The position numbers and the translations under genes were made by a program. 64,000 bases of DNA, taken from positions 234,272,069 through 234,336,068 of the forward strand of contig NC_052149.1 in the NCBI RefSeq assembly GCF_902713615.1. The letters are read 5' to 3'. The notes below the pieces were generated by a model, which was not told the origin of the DNA, did not search any database, and saw only the letters and a program-made list of their open reading frames with translations. Positions within the stretch are counted from its first letter, which is position 1; each line of letters begins with the position of its first letter. Shown here piece after piece: positions 47,671 to 61,725 of the stretch. The stretch is from Scyliorhinus canicula. Taxonomy: Eukaryota.

Positions 47671-48705
47671 TTTTTCTTAACTATTCTGATTAATTGTCTA
47701 TTACTCCATCCGGAAATAGTCCCTCTCTTGTACAGGGTAAGAAGTGTCCTAAGCATTCCCTTTTCTACTTTCTTGCCAATTTGTTTGGCTGTGATTAAAA
47801 TCGATCATACATTGATCTCTATAACTTTCCCGCATTCATTAAATTTACTGACCTATTTCACCCTCCGCCTCCCTTCCACGATTTGGAAGTCGGTTTAAAC
47901 GACTTTGTTTTACCATTCGATGCATGGTCGAATGATCCACCTTCAGCTATGATTCTAATATTGGTGCTTCGTTAGTAATAAGCCATGAATAATTTTATCT
48001 TTTTTAAAGAAGGGTCATTTAGGGCACAGATCGATTTTATATTCAGTACCGACAATTAGGTGAGAATAAACCTACAGTACAAGTTGCCCTGACAATATCG
48101 TTTGCTTGTTTTTAAAAAAATATTTTCCCAAATAAAGGACAATTTTAATGTGGCCAATGCATCTACCCGACACATTTTTGGGTTGTGGGGTGAGAACCCG
48201 CAGACACGGGGCCGGGACCGAATCCAGGTTCTGGCGGCACAGTGACTGTGCCACTGTGCCGCCAGACGACATCGCTTGTAATACTGCTTTCCTGCTTCAT
48301 GGTTCATATGGAAATGATTTTAATCAGGACAGAACACTAGGTATGAACGTATGAATGCTCTTGTGCATAATTACACCAAATATTTTGCAGTACAGAATGA
48401 GCAGTCCCATTAGCAATGCATTCTGAAATATTATGGATGTGTTGTGAAGGAAGATGAGATTCCATGCTGTCTGCAGAAAAGTGACCGCATCAGAATTACA
48501 TTCTGATTACATTCAAACACAAATGGTTGGACAAATACCACTTAAGGAGGTCCCATAGTTCTGCCCTCCACGGCCAAATTGGGACTCACCACATGACTGT
48601 TACTACCAATTATATAAAGCAGAAACTAATTATTGGCCTCTAAAAATCAAACACTCGATCACATATATACTCGGCGCAGAGTATAAAAGCTTATTCTGTG
48701 ATCGA

Positions 48706-51700
48706 AAACATAGCACATAGAACGGTACAGCACAGTACAGACCCATTGGTCCACGATGTTGTGGCGACCATTTATCCTACTCTAAGATCAACCTAATCTA
48801 CACCCCTTCAATTTACTGCTGCCTATGTACCTGTCCACCAGCCTCTACCACCTCCCCTGGCAGTGCATTCCACACACCCACCACTCTCGGTGAAAATAAC
48901 CTACCTCTGACATCTCCCCTCTCGCTTCCTCCAATCACCTTCAAATTATGTCCCCTCGTGATAGCCATTTCCGCCTTTGGGAAAAGTCTCTGGCTGTCCA
49001 CTCTATCCATGCCTCTCATCACCTTGAACACCTCTATCATGTCACCTCTCTTCCTTCTTCGCTCCAGTGAGAAAACCCCTAGCTCCCTCAACCTTTATTC
49101 ATAAGACATGACCTCCAGTCCAGGCACCATCCTGGTAAATCGCCTCTGCACCCTCTCCAAAGCATCCACATCCTTTCTATGATGAGGCGACCAGAACTGA
49201 CACAATATTCCAAGTGTGGTCGAACTAGGGTTTTATGAAGCTGCAGCAAAACTCGCCACTCTTAAACTCCAATCCCCCTGTTAATGAACACGAACACACT
49301 ATTCGCCTTCCTTTGTTTATAATTTAGCTTACCCAATTCATTGTTTCCAATTAAGGGGCAGTTGAGCATGGCCAATCCACCTACCATGCACATTTTTAGA
49401 TTGTGGGGGCGAAACCTACTCAAACACGGGGAGAATGTGCAAACTCCACCTGGGCATTAACCCAGAGCTGTGATCAAACCTGGGACGTCAGCGCCGTGAG
49501 GCAGCAGTGCTATTCACTGTGTCACCGTGCTGCCCTACCATATACCTTCTGAACAACCTGAACAACCTGGGTGGCAACTTTGAGTGATCTTTCGACGTAG
49601 AACCCAAGATCCCTCAGTTCCTTCCACACTTCCAAGATTCCTGCCTTTAATCCTGTGTTCAGCATTTTCTGATTGGAGGGCTGTGACATGTGGTGTTCCA
49701 CAGGGATCAGTGCTGGAACCTTTGCTGTTCGCAGTATATATAAATGATTTGGAGGAAAATGTAAATGGTCTGATTAGTACGTTTGCAGACGACACAAGGG
49801 TGGGAGAATTGCGGATAGTGATGAGGACTGTCAGAGGATACAGCAGGATTTAGATTGTTTGGAGACTTGTGCAGAGACATAGCAGATGGAGTTTAATCCA
49901 GTCAGTCTAATCCGCGGCAGCACGGTAGCATAGTGGTTAGCATAAATGCTTCACAGCTCCAGGGTCCCCAGTTCGAATCCCGGCTTGGGTCACTGTCTGT
50001 GTGGAGTCTGCACGTTCTCCCCGTGTGTGCGTGGGTTTCCTCCGGGTGCTCTGGTTTCCTCCCACAGTCCAAAGATGTGCAGGTTAGGTGAATTGGCCAG
50101 GCTAAATTGCCCTCAGGGTCCAAATTGCCCTTAGTGTTAGGTGGGGTTACTGGGTTATGGGGATAGGGTGGAGGTATGGGCTTGGGTAGGGTGCTCATTC
50201 CAAGAGCTGGTGCAGACTCGATGGGCCGAATGGCCTCCTTCTGCACTGTAAATTCTATGAAATGTGAGGTAATGCATTTTGGAAAGTCTAATGAAGGTAG
50301 GGAATATACAGTGAATGGTAGAACCCTCAAGAGTATTGAAACTCAGAGAGATATAGATGTACAGGTGCACAGGTTACTGAAAGGTGCAATACAGGTGGAG
50401 AAGGTAGTCAAGAAGGCATACCGCGTGCTTGAATTCATTAGCTGGGGCATTGAGTATAAGAATTGGTAAGTCATGGTGCAGCTGTATAGAACTTTAGTTA
50501 GGCCACACTTGGAGTATAGTGTTCAATTCTGGTCGCCACACTACCAGAAGAATGTGGAGGCTTTAGAGAGGGTTTAGAAGAGATTTACCAAGATGTTGCC
50601 TGGTATGGAGCGCATTAACTATGAGGAGCGGTTGAATAAATTCGGTTTGTTCTCACTGGAACGACGGAGGTTGAGGGGCGACCTGATTGAGGTCTAAAAA
50701 ATTATGAGGGGCATAGACCGAATGGATAGTCAGAGGCTCCTTACCACGGTAGAGTGGTCAATTACCAGGGGGCATAGGCTTAAGGTGCGAGGGGCAAGGT
50801 TGAGAGGAGATGTACGAGGCACGTTTTTTACACAGAGGGTAATGAGTGCCTGGAACTCGCTGCCGGAGGAGGTGGTGGAAGCAGGGACGATCGTGACATT
50901 TAAGAGGCATTTTGATAAATACATGAATAGGATGGGAATAGACATAGAACAGTACAGCACAGAACAGGCCCTTCGGCCCTCGATGTTGTGCCGAGCAACG
51001 ATCACCCTACCCAAACCCACGTATCCACCCTATACCGCAACCCAACAACCCCCCCTTAACCTCACCCTTTTTAGGACACTACGGGCAATTTAGCATCTCC
51101 AATCCACCTAACCCGCACATCTTTGGACTGTGGGAGGAAACCGGAGCACCCGGAGGAAACCCACGCACACACGGGGAGGACGTGCAGACTCCGCACAGAC
51201 AGTGACCCAGCTGGGAACCGAACCTGGGACCCTGGAGCTGTGAAGCATTTATGCTAACCACCATGCTATCGTGCTGCTGTACAGAGGGATACGGACCCAG
51301 GAAGTGCAGAAGGTTTTAGTTTAGGCGGACAGCATGGTCGGCACATGTTTGATGGCCGAAGGTCCTCTTCCTGTGCTGTACTTTTTCTTGTTCTTTGTTC
51401 TTTGTTCTATTCAAGTTCGACATTCCAAAATGAATCACTTCACATTTATCGAGGTTGAACTCCATCTACCACTTCTCAGCCCAGCTCTGCATCCTGTCAA
51501 TATCCTGCTGTAACCTGCAACAGCCCTCAATACTATCTACAACTCTACCAACCTTTGTGTCATCGGGAAACTTCCTAACCCATCCTTCCACTTCCACATC
51601 CAAGTCATTTATAAAAACCACAAAGTGCACAGGTCCCAGAACAGATCCCTGTGGGACATCACTGGCCAGCGACCTCCAGGCAGAATATAATCCATCCACT

Positions 51701-53398
51701 ACCACTCGCTATCTTCTTTCGGCCAGCCAATTCTGAATACAGGCAGCCAGATCTCCCTGTATCCTATGCCTCTAACTTTCTGAATGAGCCTACCATGAAG
51801 AACCTTCTCAAATGCCTTTCTGAAATCCATATACACCACATCCACTGCCCGACCTTAATCAATGTGTCACATCACATCCTCAAAGAATTCAATGAGGCTT
51901 GTGAGGCATGACCTGCCACTCAGAAAACAATGAAAATAAAAATCGCTTATTGTCACGTGTAGGCTTCAAATGAAGTTACTGTGAAAAGCCCCTAGTCGCC
52001 ACATTCCGGCGCCTGTTCAGGGAGGCTGTTACGGGAATGGAACCGTGCTGCTGGCTTGCCTTGGTCTGCTTTCAATGCTACCTTTAATCAAACTATGATT
52101 TTCTATATAATCATAAATCCTATCACACAGAAACATTTCCAATATTGTGCTCACCAGAGACGTAAGACTGACTGTTTTGTAATTCTGGGGATTCCCCTTT
52201 TCCCTTACTTGAACAGGGGAACAACATTTGCCTCCCTTCATTTATCCACTACTGCTCCAGTGGAGATTAAGGACGCAAAGAGCATCGCCAATGGCGCGGC
52301 AATATCCTCCATTGCTTCCCGTATTAACCTTTGGTATATCCCATCAGGCCTAGGGGACTTATCTATCCTGAGGATTTTCAAAATTTCCAGCACATCCACT
52401 TTCTTAATAACTATCTGTTCGAGCCTATTAACCTGGTTCACTGTGTTCTCACGAGCAACAAGGTCACTCTTTCTCGTGAATACTGAAACAAAATATTTAT
52501 TTAGGGCTTCCCCTACCTCCTCCTACTCTAGGCACAAGTTCCCTCCTCTATCCCTGATCGGTCCTCCTCTCACTCTGATCATCCTCTTATGTCTCACATT
52601 AGTTTGAACGCATTGGGGTTTCCCTAATCCTTCCCGTCAGGGCTTTTTCATGCCCCCTTCTAGCTCTCCTAAGTTCATATTTGAATTCCTACCTGCATAA
52701 CTTGTAACCCTCTGGAGCCGTACCAGATCCTTGCTTCCTCAACCTGACATAAGCTTCCTTCTTCCTCTTGACTAGAAGCTCCACTTCTCTTGTCATCCAA
52801 GACTCCTTCACTTCGTCATTTCTTCCTTGTCTCAGCCGGGCAAAACTATCCAGCACCAGCAGCAAGTGATCCTTAAACAACTCCCACATTACTGTTGTGC
52901 TTTTCCCCGAGAACAACCGTTCCCAATTTATGCTCCTCAGCTTCTGTCTAATAGCAGTATAATTTTCGCTCCCCCAGTAAATACCTTCCCACATTGTCTG
53001 TTCCTATCCCTCTCCATTACTATGGTAAAAGCCAAGCAGTTATGATCACTGTCACCCAAATGCTCTCCAACCGAGATATCTGACACCTGGCCTGGTTCGC
53101 TGCCAAGCACCAAATCCAATATGACCTCCACCCTACTCGGCCTATCTACATATTGAATCAGGAATCCTTCCTGTACACAGCTGACAAAATCTGCTCCAAC
53201 CAAACCATTTGCACTAATGAGGCTCCAGTTAATATTAGGGAAGTTGAGGTCACCCATGACAACAACTCTGCTACTTTTACACCTTTCCGAGAGCTGCCGC
53301 CAAATCTGTTCCTCCATCTCTCTGCTGCTATTGGGGGAGGGGGGGGGGGGTCTACAGAAAACTCCCAATAAAGTGACTGCTCCTTTCTTGTTTTCTAA
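48706..53398 (-). mobile_element. Duplicate of the nested CR1 complex with extra SINEs (49913-50260 +, 50941-51278 -, 51929-52074 -)
   Basis: Colinear with 35422-39258. Confidence 0.88.
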
Positions 53399-53861
53399 AT
53401 GGAGTTAAAAAACATAACTCTGTGCAGAAGAAATCAGCAGTTAGTGTTAGTGGCACCAGTGTTTGTGGAAAAGGTATTAAAGTGAACGCATGTCGGAAAC
53501 AATTAAGTGTTGCAACAGAGAGTGATTACATTTTTGGTATTCAGAAGGAACATATTAAATGGATATTATTTTAATATATGGGGTTGTCTTATTATCTAGC
53601 GGGTAGGAAACTTCAAAAGTTCAAGCGAACTCACATTTCAAAGCATGGATAACAACCTGAAGGAGAAATTCTATAAAATAGATTGAGCAGAGGCCTGGAA
53701 AATAGTGTATTTTAGTATTATTATAGTATTATTATATCATTATTATACTAGAATGATATAGTATCATTATAGTTGCACACCTTTAAAAGGCTCATTACGA
53801 TTACTACCATTCCAGGAACAGCTCAGCTTTAAGAATTTCTGGTGTCATTATTGACAGGATC

Positions 53862-53887
53862 CGCGTTGTGTCGCTGTCCACCAATAA
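53862..53887 (+). promoter_or_regulatory. CSE of G3
   Basis: Identical 26-mer, 256 bp upstream of ATG. Confidence 0.85.
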
Positions 53888-54117
53888 AAATCAGAAATGG
53901 GCGAGAGATCCATCTCTGAAGGGGAGCACAATCACAGAAAATCGGAATAGGTTGGATGCGCTCAGATAGTGCGTCGACTTAACGAAGGCCAGAGCGAAAT
54001 AGTTGGTAAATTCGACAGTACAAGATACTGGAAGGCTGATTAACAGCACGAAAGTGGTCAGAGTCAGCGACTGCAAACCGATATTTGTGCTTTTGTGAGC
54101 TTTCCAGTCCGGTAACA

Positions 54118-56514
54118 ATGGAGGATTCACAAAGCAACAACGCCTGGAAATTCATGGTGATGGTTTCTGTTGTATTGATTTGTGCACTGGATATGGGTTC
54201 TGCACAGATTCGTTATTCGGTTCCCGAGGAAATGGAGCAAGGAGCTGTAATTGGTAATATTGCTGAAGATTTGGGGCTGAATATTGCAACATTGTCAGGT
54301 CGGAAAGGTCGGCTGGTCACTGACTACACAGAACGCTATTTGGAAGTAGATTTGGAAAATGGCTTGTTACTTGCCAATGGAAGAATAGACAGAGACAAGC
54401 TTTGTGGACCAATCACTACATGTGTTCTCTCCTTCCAAATAGTGTTTGAAAATTCACCAGAGATGTACCGCGGTGAAGTGGAGATTCTTGATGTAAATGA
54501 TAATTCGCCCAGTTTCCCGGAGAGTGTTATTCTCTTACAAATGGGCGAATTTATTGCGCCAGGCTCCAGCTTTCCGCTAGAGAGCGCTCTCGATCCAGAC
54601 ATGGGGACAAATGCAGTCTCTGTTTATAATATCAGCCCCAATGAGCACTTCGGTCTAATCGTGGAGACTACAGAAGACGGTACTAAAATTGTCGAGTTGT
54701 TATTGAAGAAACCTTTGGACCGCGAACTGCAGTCATCCTTTCAGCTGATGCTGACGGCCATTGACGGGGGGAGTCCTCCCAGATCTGGGACCGCTCGGAT
54801 TCTCATCACTGTGCTGGATAGCAACGACAATGCGCCTGCGTTCGATAGCAAGGTCTACAAGGTCAGCCTGATAGAAAACTCACCCAGAGGTACCTTGGTG
54901 GTTTCAGTCCATGCCACTGATCCAGACGAAGGTTCGAACGCGGAGGTAACATATTCTTTCAGTAACCGTGTTTCAACGAAAATACAGGAACTGTTTAGCT
55001 TGGATCCTCGAACAGGTGAGATTCGTGTTCTGGGCATAATTGATTATGAAGGAGCAAGCAGTTATTCACTTGATGTTCAAGCTCAAGACAATGGTTTACC
55101 GGCAATTGCAGGACATTCTAAAGTCTTGATTAAGGTAATAGACGTCAATGACAACGCCCCTGAGATAAAAGTGACCGTAGTGTCACGAATGGTCCCAGAA
55201 GATGCTGCTCCCGGGACTGTGACAGCTCTTGTCAATGTAAACGATCGTGATTCTGGAAAAAACGGACAGGCGCACTGCGAAATCCCGAATAACATTCCCT
55301 TTAAACTTGAAACATCTTCGAGTGGTCATTTCAAAATGATAACCAGTGACATGTTGGACCGTGAAACCACCCCTCTGTACAACATAGTTATTTTAGCCGG
55401 GGACTCAGGGTCTCCTCCGCTATCAACAAACAAAACCATTCAGATAACGGTATCTGATATAAACGATAACGCCCCAAGGTTTGCTCGACCCATTGACACT
55501 GTGTATGTGATGGAGAACAACGGTCCCGGCGCTTCTATTTTCGCAGTGACTGCTTTCGATCCTGACCAAGGTCAGAATTCCTACGTCACTTACTCTTTCA
55601 TAGACAACCTGATTCAAGATTTACCTCTCTCAAATTACCTCAATCTTAATTCGATGAACGGGACCATTTACGGGCTGCGCTCTTTTGACTACGAGCGAGT
55701 GAAAAACTTCCAAATTCAAGTCCAAGCCCGAGACGCTGGCGTTCCCCCTCTGAGCAGCAGCGCAACATTGAATGTGATCATCCTGGATCAGAATGACAAC
55801 GCTCCAGTAATTGCGTCACCTTCAGCACAGAGCGGATCAGCAGGAGTGGAGGTTGTGCCTCAGTCAGCGGGCCAGGGGTACTTGGTCACCAAGATAATCG
55901 CAACTGATGCTGATTCTGGTCAGAACGCACGGCTCCTCTATCAGGTGCTGGAATCCACTGATCCCAGTTTGTTCACCATGGGGCTTAATTCTGGAGAAAT
56001 CAGAACAGCCCGAGGAATTTTGGAGCAGGATTCTACCACACAGAGCCTTGTGATCTTGGTGAAGGATAATGGACAGCCGAGACTCTCCAGCACGGCTACA
56101 ATCCACTTTTCAATCCTGGGCAATGTTACTGAAATCTTCTCCGAACGTAGCAACTTGGTGACAAATCCTGAATATGCCTCTGATATAAATCTCTATTTAA
56201 TTATCATTTTAGGTTCAACTTCCTTCATATTTCTTGTAACCATCATTTTGCTGATTGGCATCAAGTGTAAACAGGACAGAAATTCTCCTGAACACTACAA
56301 CTCTCCCGGTATGTGCTATGGACTCGACGGTTCTAACAATGCCTTTAATCAGGGGCCAACACTGAAAGAATCTTTGAATTATACTGGGGCTGGAGAGATT
56401 ATCCGCATCCCTGACACACATCATTATTCAGTTTGTCTGTCTCCCGAATCCGCTAAGAGCGATTTTCTGTTTTTGAAGCCCTACACACCGCCCATGACTC
56501 AGGGCCAATGTTAA
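54118..56514 (+). CDS. Clustered protocadherin gene G3 (798 aa)
   Basis: Same architecture; ATG at 54118 (track start 54085 is a TTG). Confidence 0.96.
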   Translation: MEDSQSNNAWKFMVMVSVVLICALDMGSAQIRYSVPEEMEQGAVIGNIAEDLGLNIATLSGRKGRLVTDYTERYLEVDLENGLLLANGRIDRDKLCGPITTCVLSFQIVFENSPEMYRGEVEILDVNDNSPSFPESVILLQMGEFIAPGSSFPLESALDPDMGTNAVSVYNISPNEHFGLIVETTEDGTKIVELLLKKPLDRELQSSFQLMLTAIDGGSPPRSGTARILITVLDSNDNAPAFDSKVYKVSLIENSPRGTLVVSVHATDPDEGSNAEVTYSFSNRVSTKIQELFSLDPRTGEIRVLGIIDYEGASSYSLDVQAQDNGLPAIAGHSKVLIKVIDVNDNAPEIKVTVVSRMVPEDAAPGTVTALVNVNDRDSGKNGQAHCEIPNNIPFKLETSSSGHFKMITSDMLDRETTPLYNIVILAGDSGSPPLSTNKTIQITVSDINDNAPRFARPIDTVYVMENNGPGASIFAVTAFDPDQGQNSYVTYSFIDNLIQDLPLSNYLNLNSMNGTIYGLRSFDYERVKNFQIQVQARDAGVPPLSSSATLNVIILDQNDNAPVIASPSAQSGSAGVEVVPQSAGQGYLVTKIIATDADSGQNARLLYQVLESTDPSLFTMGLNSGEIRTARGILEQDSTTQSLVILVKDNGQPRLSSTATIHFSILGNVTEIFSERSNLVTNPEYASDINLYLIIILGSTSFIFLVTIILLIGIKCKQDRNSPEHYNSPGMCYGLDGSNNAFNQGPTLKESLNYTGAGEIIRIPDTHHYSVCLSPESAKSDFLFLKPYTPPMTQGQC

Positions 56515-59500
56515 ATTGTAATGATTTGACAACATTGAAGCAGGGTGAAAATAATGGCCATCCCTGTTGAATCCATCTCTGCTGGTTGAATCACTGAAAC
56601 TAGTTCCTACCTTGAGATCTTTGTCATAGAATGAAAGGATCGTTCTTGTCCTGCGACTGTCAAGTGGTGTTCCAAATGATGTGGTGAAAAATAAAATGCT
56701 GCATGATACTCCAGCGACGCGCGTATGTAACTGGCCTCTGTTAACTGGGAAGGGAAGGCCGCAGGCGAGTTATTGCACGAGCTACAGAATTAAGTTTGTT
56801 GTAATGTCCGCTTCGAAATTGAGCTCATTGATATCTGAAAGTATTTGGATAATATTCCTGCACGGTTTGCATTTGGAATACAAACATAAGCGTTTGGAAG
56901 GAAGGAACTTACTCCCTCGTAACATGGAAAGGGATAATGGGTGAGCTTTAACATTTCAAAGCTTTCTCAATGGATCACTATTCTGACTTCCACATAGATG
57001 CTCTCGTTAAGATATTTCACAATGACGCGAAATTGGCGTTAAACTACTTTCAAAGAACAGCATATTAGTCTGAGAAAGTATTATACATTTTCGAACCCTG
57101 CAGACTCGAATATAATAACTTAGATAAGAAGTAAGCGTCAAAAAAGTACTTGATTCGCACCATTTGTATGAGTACGCTATTGTTGTCTGCACTCATAATT
57201 TACAAAGAATTACATAATTTACACAGCATGTACAACACAAAAACATTGCTTCTGGCTCAATCGGTCATGAAGGTTTTGGTCCTGCATATCAGCCTCCTCC
57301 CGCCTTTATTTATCAAACCTAATCTGCATACTTTTTCATAAGTACTGCTGGGAAGTCCTTTGATTTGGAAGTGACATTTTCCTGAACCTAATTTAAACCG
57401 AATCAGTTCCGTAATGTCACCGTCGCTGGTTAGGCCAGCATTTATTGCTCATTCCAAGTTGCCCTTCAGAAGGCGGTGGTGAGTTGCTTTCTTGAACAAC
57501 TGCAGGCTTTCAAGTGTAGGTACATACACAGTGCTCTGAGAGAGGGCGTTTCAGGGTTTTGCCCCAGTTACAGCGAAGGAACAACGATATATTTCCAGGT
57601 CGGGATGATGAGTGACTTTGAGGGGCCTCCAGATGGCGGGGTTCCCAGGCATCTGCTGCCCTTGTCATTCTAGACGGTGGTGGGCGTGAGTTTGGAAGGT
57701 GCTGTCGAAGGAACCTTGGTGAGTTACTGCAATGCATATTGTAGATGGTATACACGGCTGCCACTGTTCGTCGGTGTTGGAGGGTTTGAATGTTTGTGGA
57801 AGGGGGAGCAATCAAGCGGGCTGCTTTGTCCCAGATGGTGTAGAGCGTCTTGAGTGTCTGGGTCTAAGACTGGCCTCAGCAAAGAGAAACAGACTTAGCT
57901 CCTCCAAAAGATGATTTAAAAAAGATTCTGAAGTATTTTTGCCAGAACAAAGCTAAGTGCTGGACAGGTTTTGCTGTCCAGCCCGCGATTTTCGACCCAG
58001 CATAATGAGGTGGACCAAAACCACGCTAATTGGACGAAGCAGAGAATCTACGGTTCAGAGATTATGACAATGTTTACAATCCGCAGGTCAGAACGCATGA
58101 TTCATAACTTGTAACTTAGCTGTACCTGTACTTGACAGTTGGTAGGACTTTCATCTTTTTATTATCTTTGCGGTAGTGTTATCTGGCTCCTTTACTTGCA
58201 AGAAGTGTGTCCAGCTGCAGGTCCTATTAGACCGCTTGACGGCTCTGGAGCTGTGGATGGGCACGTTGGAGCATCCACGATGCTGAGAGAGTCCTGGATA
58301 GCACGTTTAACGAGTTGGTTACACGGCAGATAAAGAGCTCTGAGGGAGATGGAAAATGGGTTACCATCAGACGGAGGAAGAGCAGGAAGGCAGGGGTCCC
58401 CTGCGGTCATCTCCCTCTAAAACAGGTAAACCATTTTGGATACAGTTGAGGGAGATGGCTCACCGGGGAAGGCAGCAGTAGCCCGGTTCATGGCACCGTG
58501 GCTGGCTGAACTGCGCACGAGGGCAGGATAAAGACTGGTAGAGGTATAGTGATAGGGCGTTCGATTGTGAGGGGAGTACACAGGCGTATCTGCGAACGCA
58601 AACGTAATTTCAGGAAGGTATGTTGCCTCCCGGGTGCAAGGGTCCTGGATGTCTCAGAGCGGCTGCAGGACATTCTAAAGGGGGAGGGTGAACAGCTAGC
58701 TGTCGTGGTGCATATAGGCACCAGCGGTATAGGTACAAAACGAGATGAGTTCCTACTTGCTGAATGTATGGAGTTAGGAAGTAAACTAAAACGTAGGACC
58801 TCAAGTGTAGTAATTTCAGGATTGCTCCTCGTGCCACGTGCTAGTCAAAGTAGGAATGACAGGATTTACACGATGAATGCGCGGATTGAGAGACAGTGGC
58901 CTACTACCTTAAGTAACCAATGTACATGCACATCAATGTCCCTCTGATTCTCGGTGCCTCCCGGGGTCCTTCCGTTTATCGTGTACCACTTGCCTTGTTA
59001 CCTTGCCCAAGTGCATCATCTCACACTTAACTGGATTGAATACTATTTGCCACTGATCAGCCCATCTCAATCCTCGTTTAAACTAAAGCTACCTTACTCC
59101 TATTTACCACTCCGCCAATGTGTGTATCATCTACGAACTTACTGATTAATCCTCCTGCATTCATATATGAAACGTTTATGTAAACCACAAACAGCATGGG
59201 CTCCAATACTGAACACCCTTTTTAAATACAGGATAAAAGCGACCTCCCCCAAGGTCTTTGGCAACATTTCATTTTTTCATACATTTATAAAGGTATGCAA
59301 TTGTGCTCCTTCCATCTCCTCTACTGATTATATTAGCACTGAATAGCCAATCCATTCGAAATAGAGGTATTACTCTTTCTAAGATTTATTATTTTTTCAA
59401 TTGTTCCTTTTGTTTTCATGTTAAATGTCTCTTATTTCTTCTCGTTCTGGCACTGTCGAAATGACACAATGTAAACTCTCACTAGTAAATGAGTAACTGA

Positions 59501-60669
59501 AACGTAACTTCCAAAATATTTCTACCACCATTTGTGATTTCACTTACAAAATCGCAGGGGCTGTAGGTATGTCTGACGAGCCCAACATTTATTACTCATT
59601 CATAACTGGCCTTTAGTGATTGGTTCGGACATTTCAGAGTCACCCTCAGAGTGAATCCATTGCAATGGGTCTGCAACCAAACATAGACCACAAGAGGAAG
59701 AAAGGTAGTGTCCTGCACAAAGGGAAAAACACGCTTTTCTATTTTCACCCCTCAGTTTTCTGACCAGCATTACAGTTGCTAACGTATTAATCCAGGTGTG
59801 ATTAATTATTTAAAGTTAAATTCCCCAGCCATAGTGAGATTATTATTCTGGTAAAACACCAAAAATGCTTCAGTTCCTTTGGTCATCTTTTAGCAACCAT
59901 GTTCCGATCTTCAGTTTTCTTCTCCTGTGCATCTTTCTGCCATATACATTATTTATTTGTATGTTCATTGATAATTTACCTTTGCAGTTATTTTTTATTT
60001 TCAGTGTTTTTGACTAATTCTTCTTATACCTTTCTGTTGACTGTGTTCACATGGTTTCCTGTGTACTTAATGCATGACTTTGTCTATCGTTTCATTTTTA
60101 CAGGTATTTCATCCAATCTATTATTTTAGTCTTTGTCTCATTTATCATTTATCTTTTATTTATTTATTTATTTACACCTTATTATTTTATCGGTTCTTAT
60201 TCTGGGATTGTCCTCGATTTTTGTTTTTCTTAACTGTTCAGATTAATTTTCTATCACTCGATCCAGAAATGGTCCCTCTCTTGTGCTGGGTGAGAAGAGT
60301 TCGAGGCATTCACTTTTCCACTTTCTTGCCAATTTGTTTGGCTGTGATTTCAATCGATCATACATACATCTCTATAACTTTCCCTGATTCATTAAATTTA
60401 CTGATATATTTCACCCTCCGCCTCCCTTCCACGATTTGGAGGTCGGTTATAACGACCTTGTTTTAACATACCACTCCTGGTCGACTGATCCACCTTCAGC
60501 TATGTTTTTAATCATGATACTTGGTTAATAATAAGCCACATCTAACTTGATTTTTTTTTAAAATAAGGGGTATTTAGGGCACATATCGATTATATTCAGT
60601 AGTGACACTTAAGTGAGAATAAACGTACAGTATAAGTTTCCATGACAATTTCGTTTGCTTGTTATTTAA

Positions 60670-60825
60670 ACACATTTTTCCAATTAAAGGCAATTTTAAC
60701 GTGGCCAATCCACCTACCCTACACACCTTTGGGGTCAGAACCATGTAAACACGGGGCCAGGATTGAATAGAGGTTCTCGGCGCCGTGATGTAGCAGTGCT
60801 AACCACTGAGCCAACCATGCCACCG
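60670..60825 (-). mobile_element. Old degenerate V-SINE shared by all four gene units (also ~24800-24980, ~34820-34980, ~48120-48262)
   Basis: ggccaatccacct...cagtgctaaccactg at homologous positions. Confidence 0.7.
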
Positions 60826-61699
60826 AAACAATATCACTTGTAATACTGCTTTCCAGGTTTCTGGTTCCTATGGCAATTATTTTAATCAGGAGAGAACACT
60901 ATGTATGAACGTATGAATGTTCTTGTGCATAATGCCACTAAATATTTTACAGTACAGAATGAACAGTCCCTTTAGCAACACATCTTGAAATATTATGGAT
61001 GTGTTGTAAAGGAAGATGAGATTTTGTGCGGTCTGCATAAAAGAGATTCGGCGCCGCATTTGAATTGCATTCTGTGTGATGTCAAACACAAATGGTGCTG
61101 CAAATACCACTTAAGGAGGCCTCATAGTGCTGCCCTCCACAATCAAATTGGGTCTTACCTCTTGACTGTTACTACCAACTATATTGAAAGGAAACGAAAT
61201 TATTGGCCTCCAAAATTCAAAGGGATTCTCCAAATTCTCGCTCATATACGTACTAGGTGCAGAGTGTAAAAACTTATTATGTCAGTGAATAATGGAGTTA
61301 GAAGCCATACCTCTATTCAGAAGAAATTAGCAGTTAGGGTTGTGGCATCAGTGGTTGATGAAAAGGTGCCAATGTAAACCCATCCAGGAAACAATTAAGT
61401 GTTGTAATAGAGAGCGATTGTATTGTTGGTACTCAGAAGGAACATATTACATGGACATTACTTTAATATATGGGGTGGTCTTATGATCTAGCGCGTATAA
61501 AACGTCAAACGTTCAAGCGAACTCGCATTTCAAAGCATGGACAATAACCTGAAAGAGAAATTCTATAAAATGGATTGAGCAGAGGCCTGGAAAATAGTGT
61601 GGGTATTAGAGTTGCACACGATTAAAAGGTTCATTACGATTACTATCAGAACAGGAATAGCTCAGCTTTAAGAATTTCTGGTGTCATTATTGAAAGGAA

Positions 61700-61725
61700 C
61701 GCGTTGTGTCGCTGTCCACCAATAA
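61700..61725 (+). promoter_or_regulatory. CSE of G4
   Basis: Identical 26-mer, 269 bp upstream of ATG. Confidence 0.85.

Larger units (their letters stand above)
42322..54117 (+). repeat. Intergenic segment B = segment A plus ~2.5 kb of younger insertions
   Basis: Length difference (2543 bp) is accounted for by CR1 43012-44403, four SINEs and an AT-rich insert. Confidence 0.93.
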
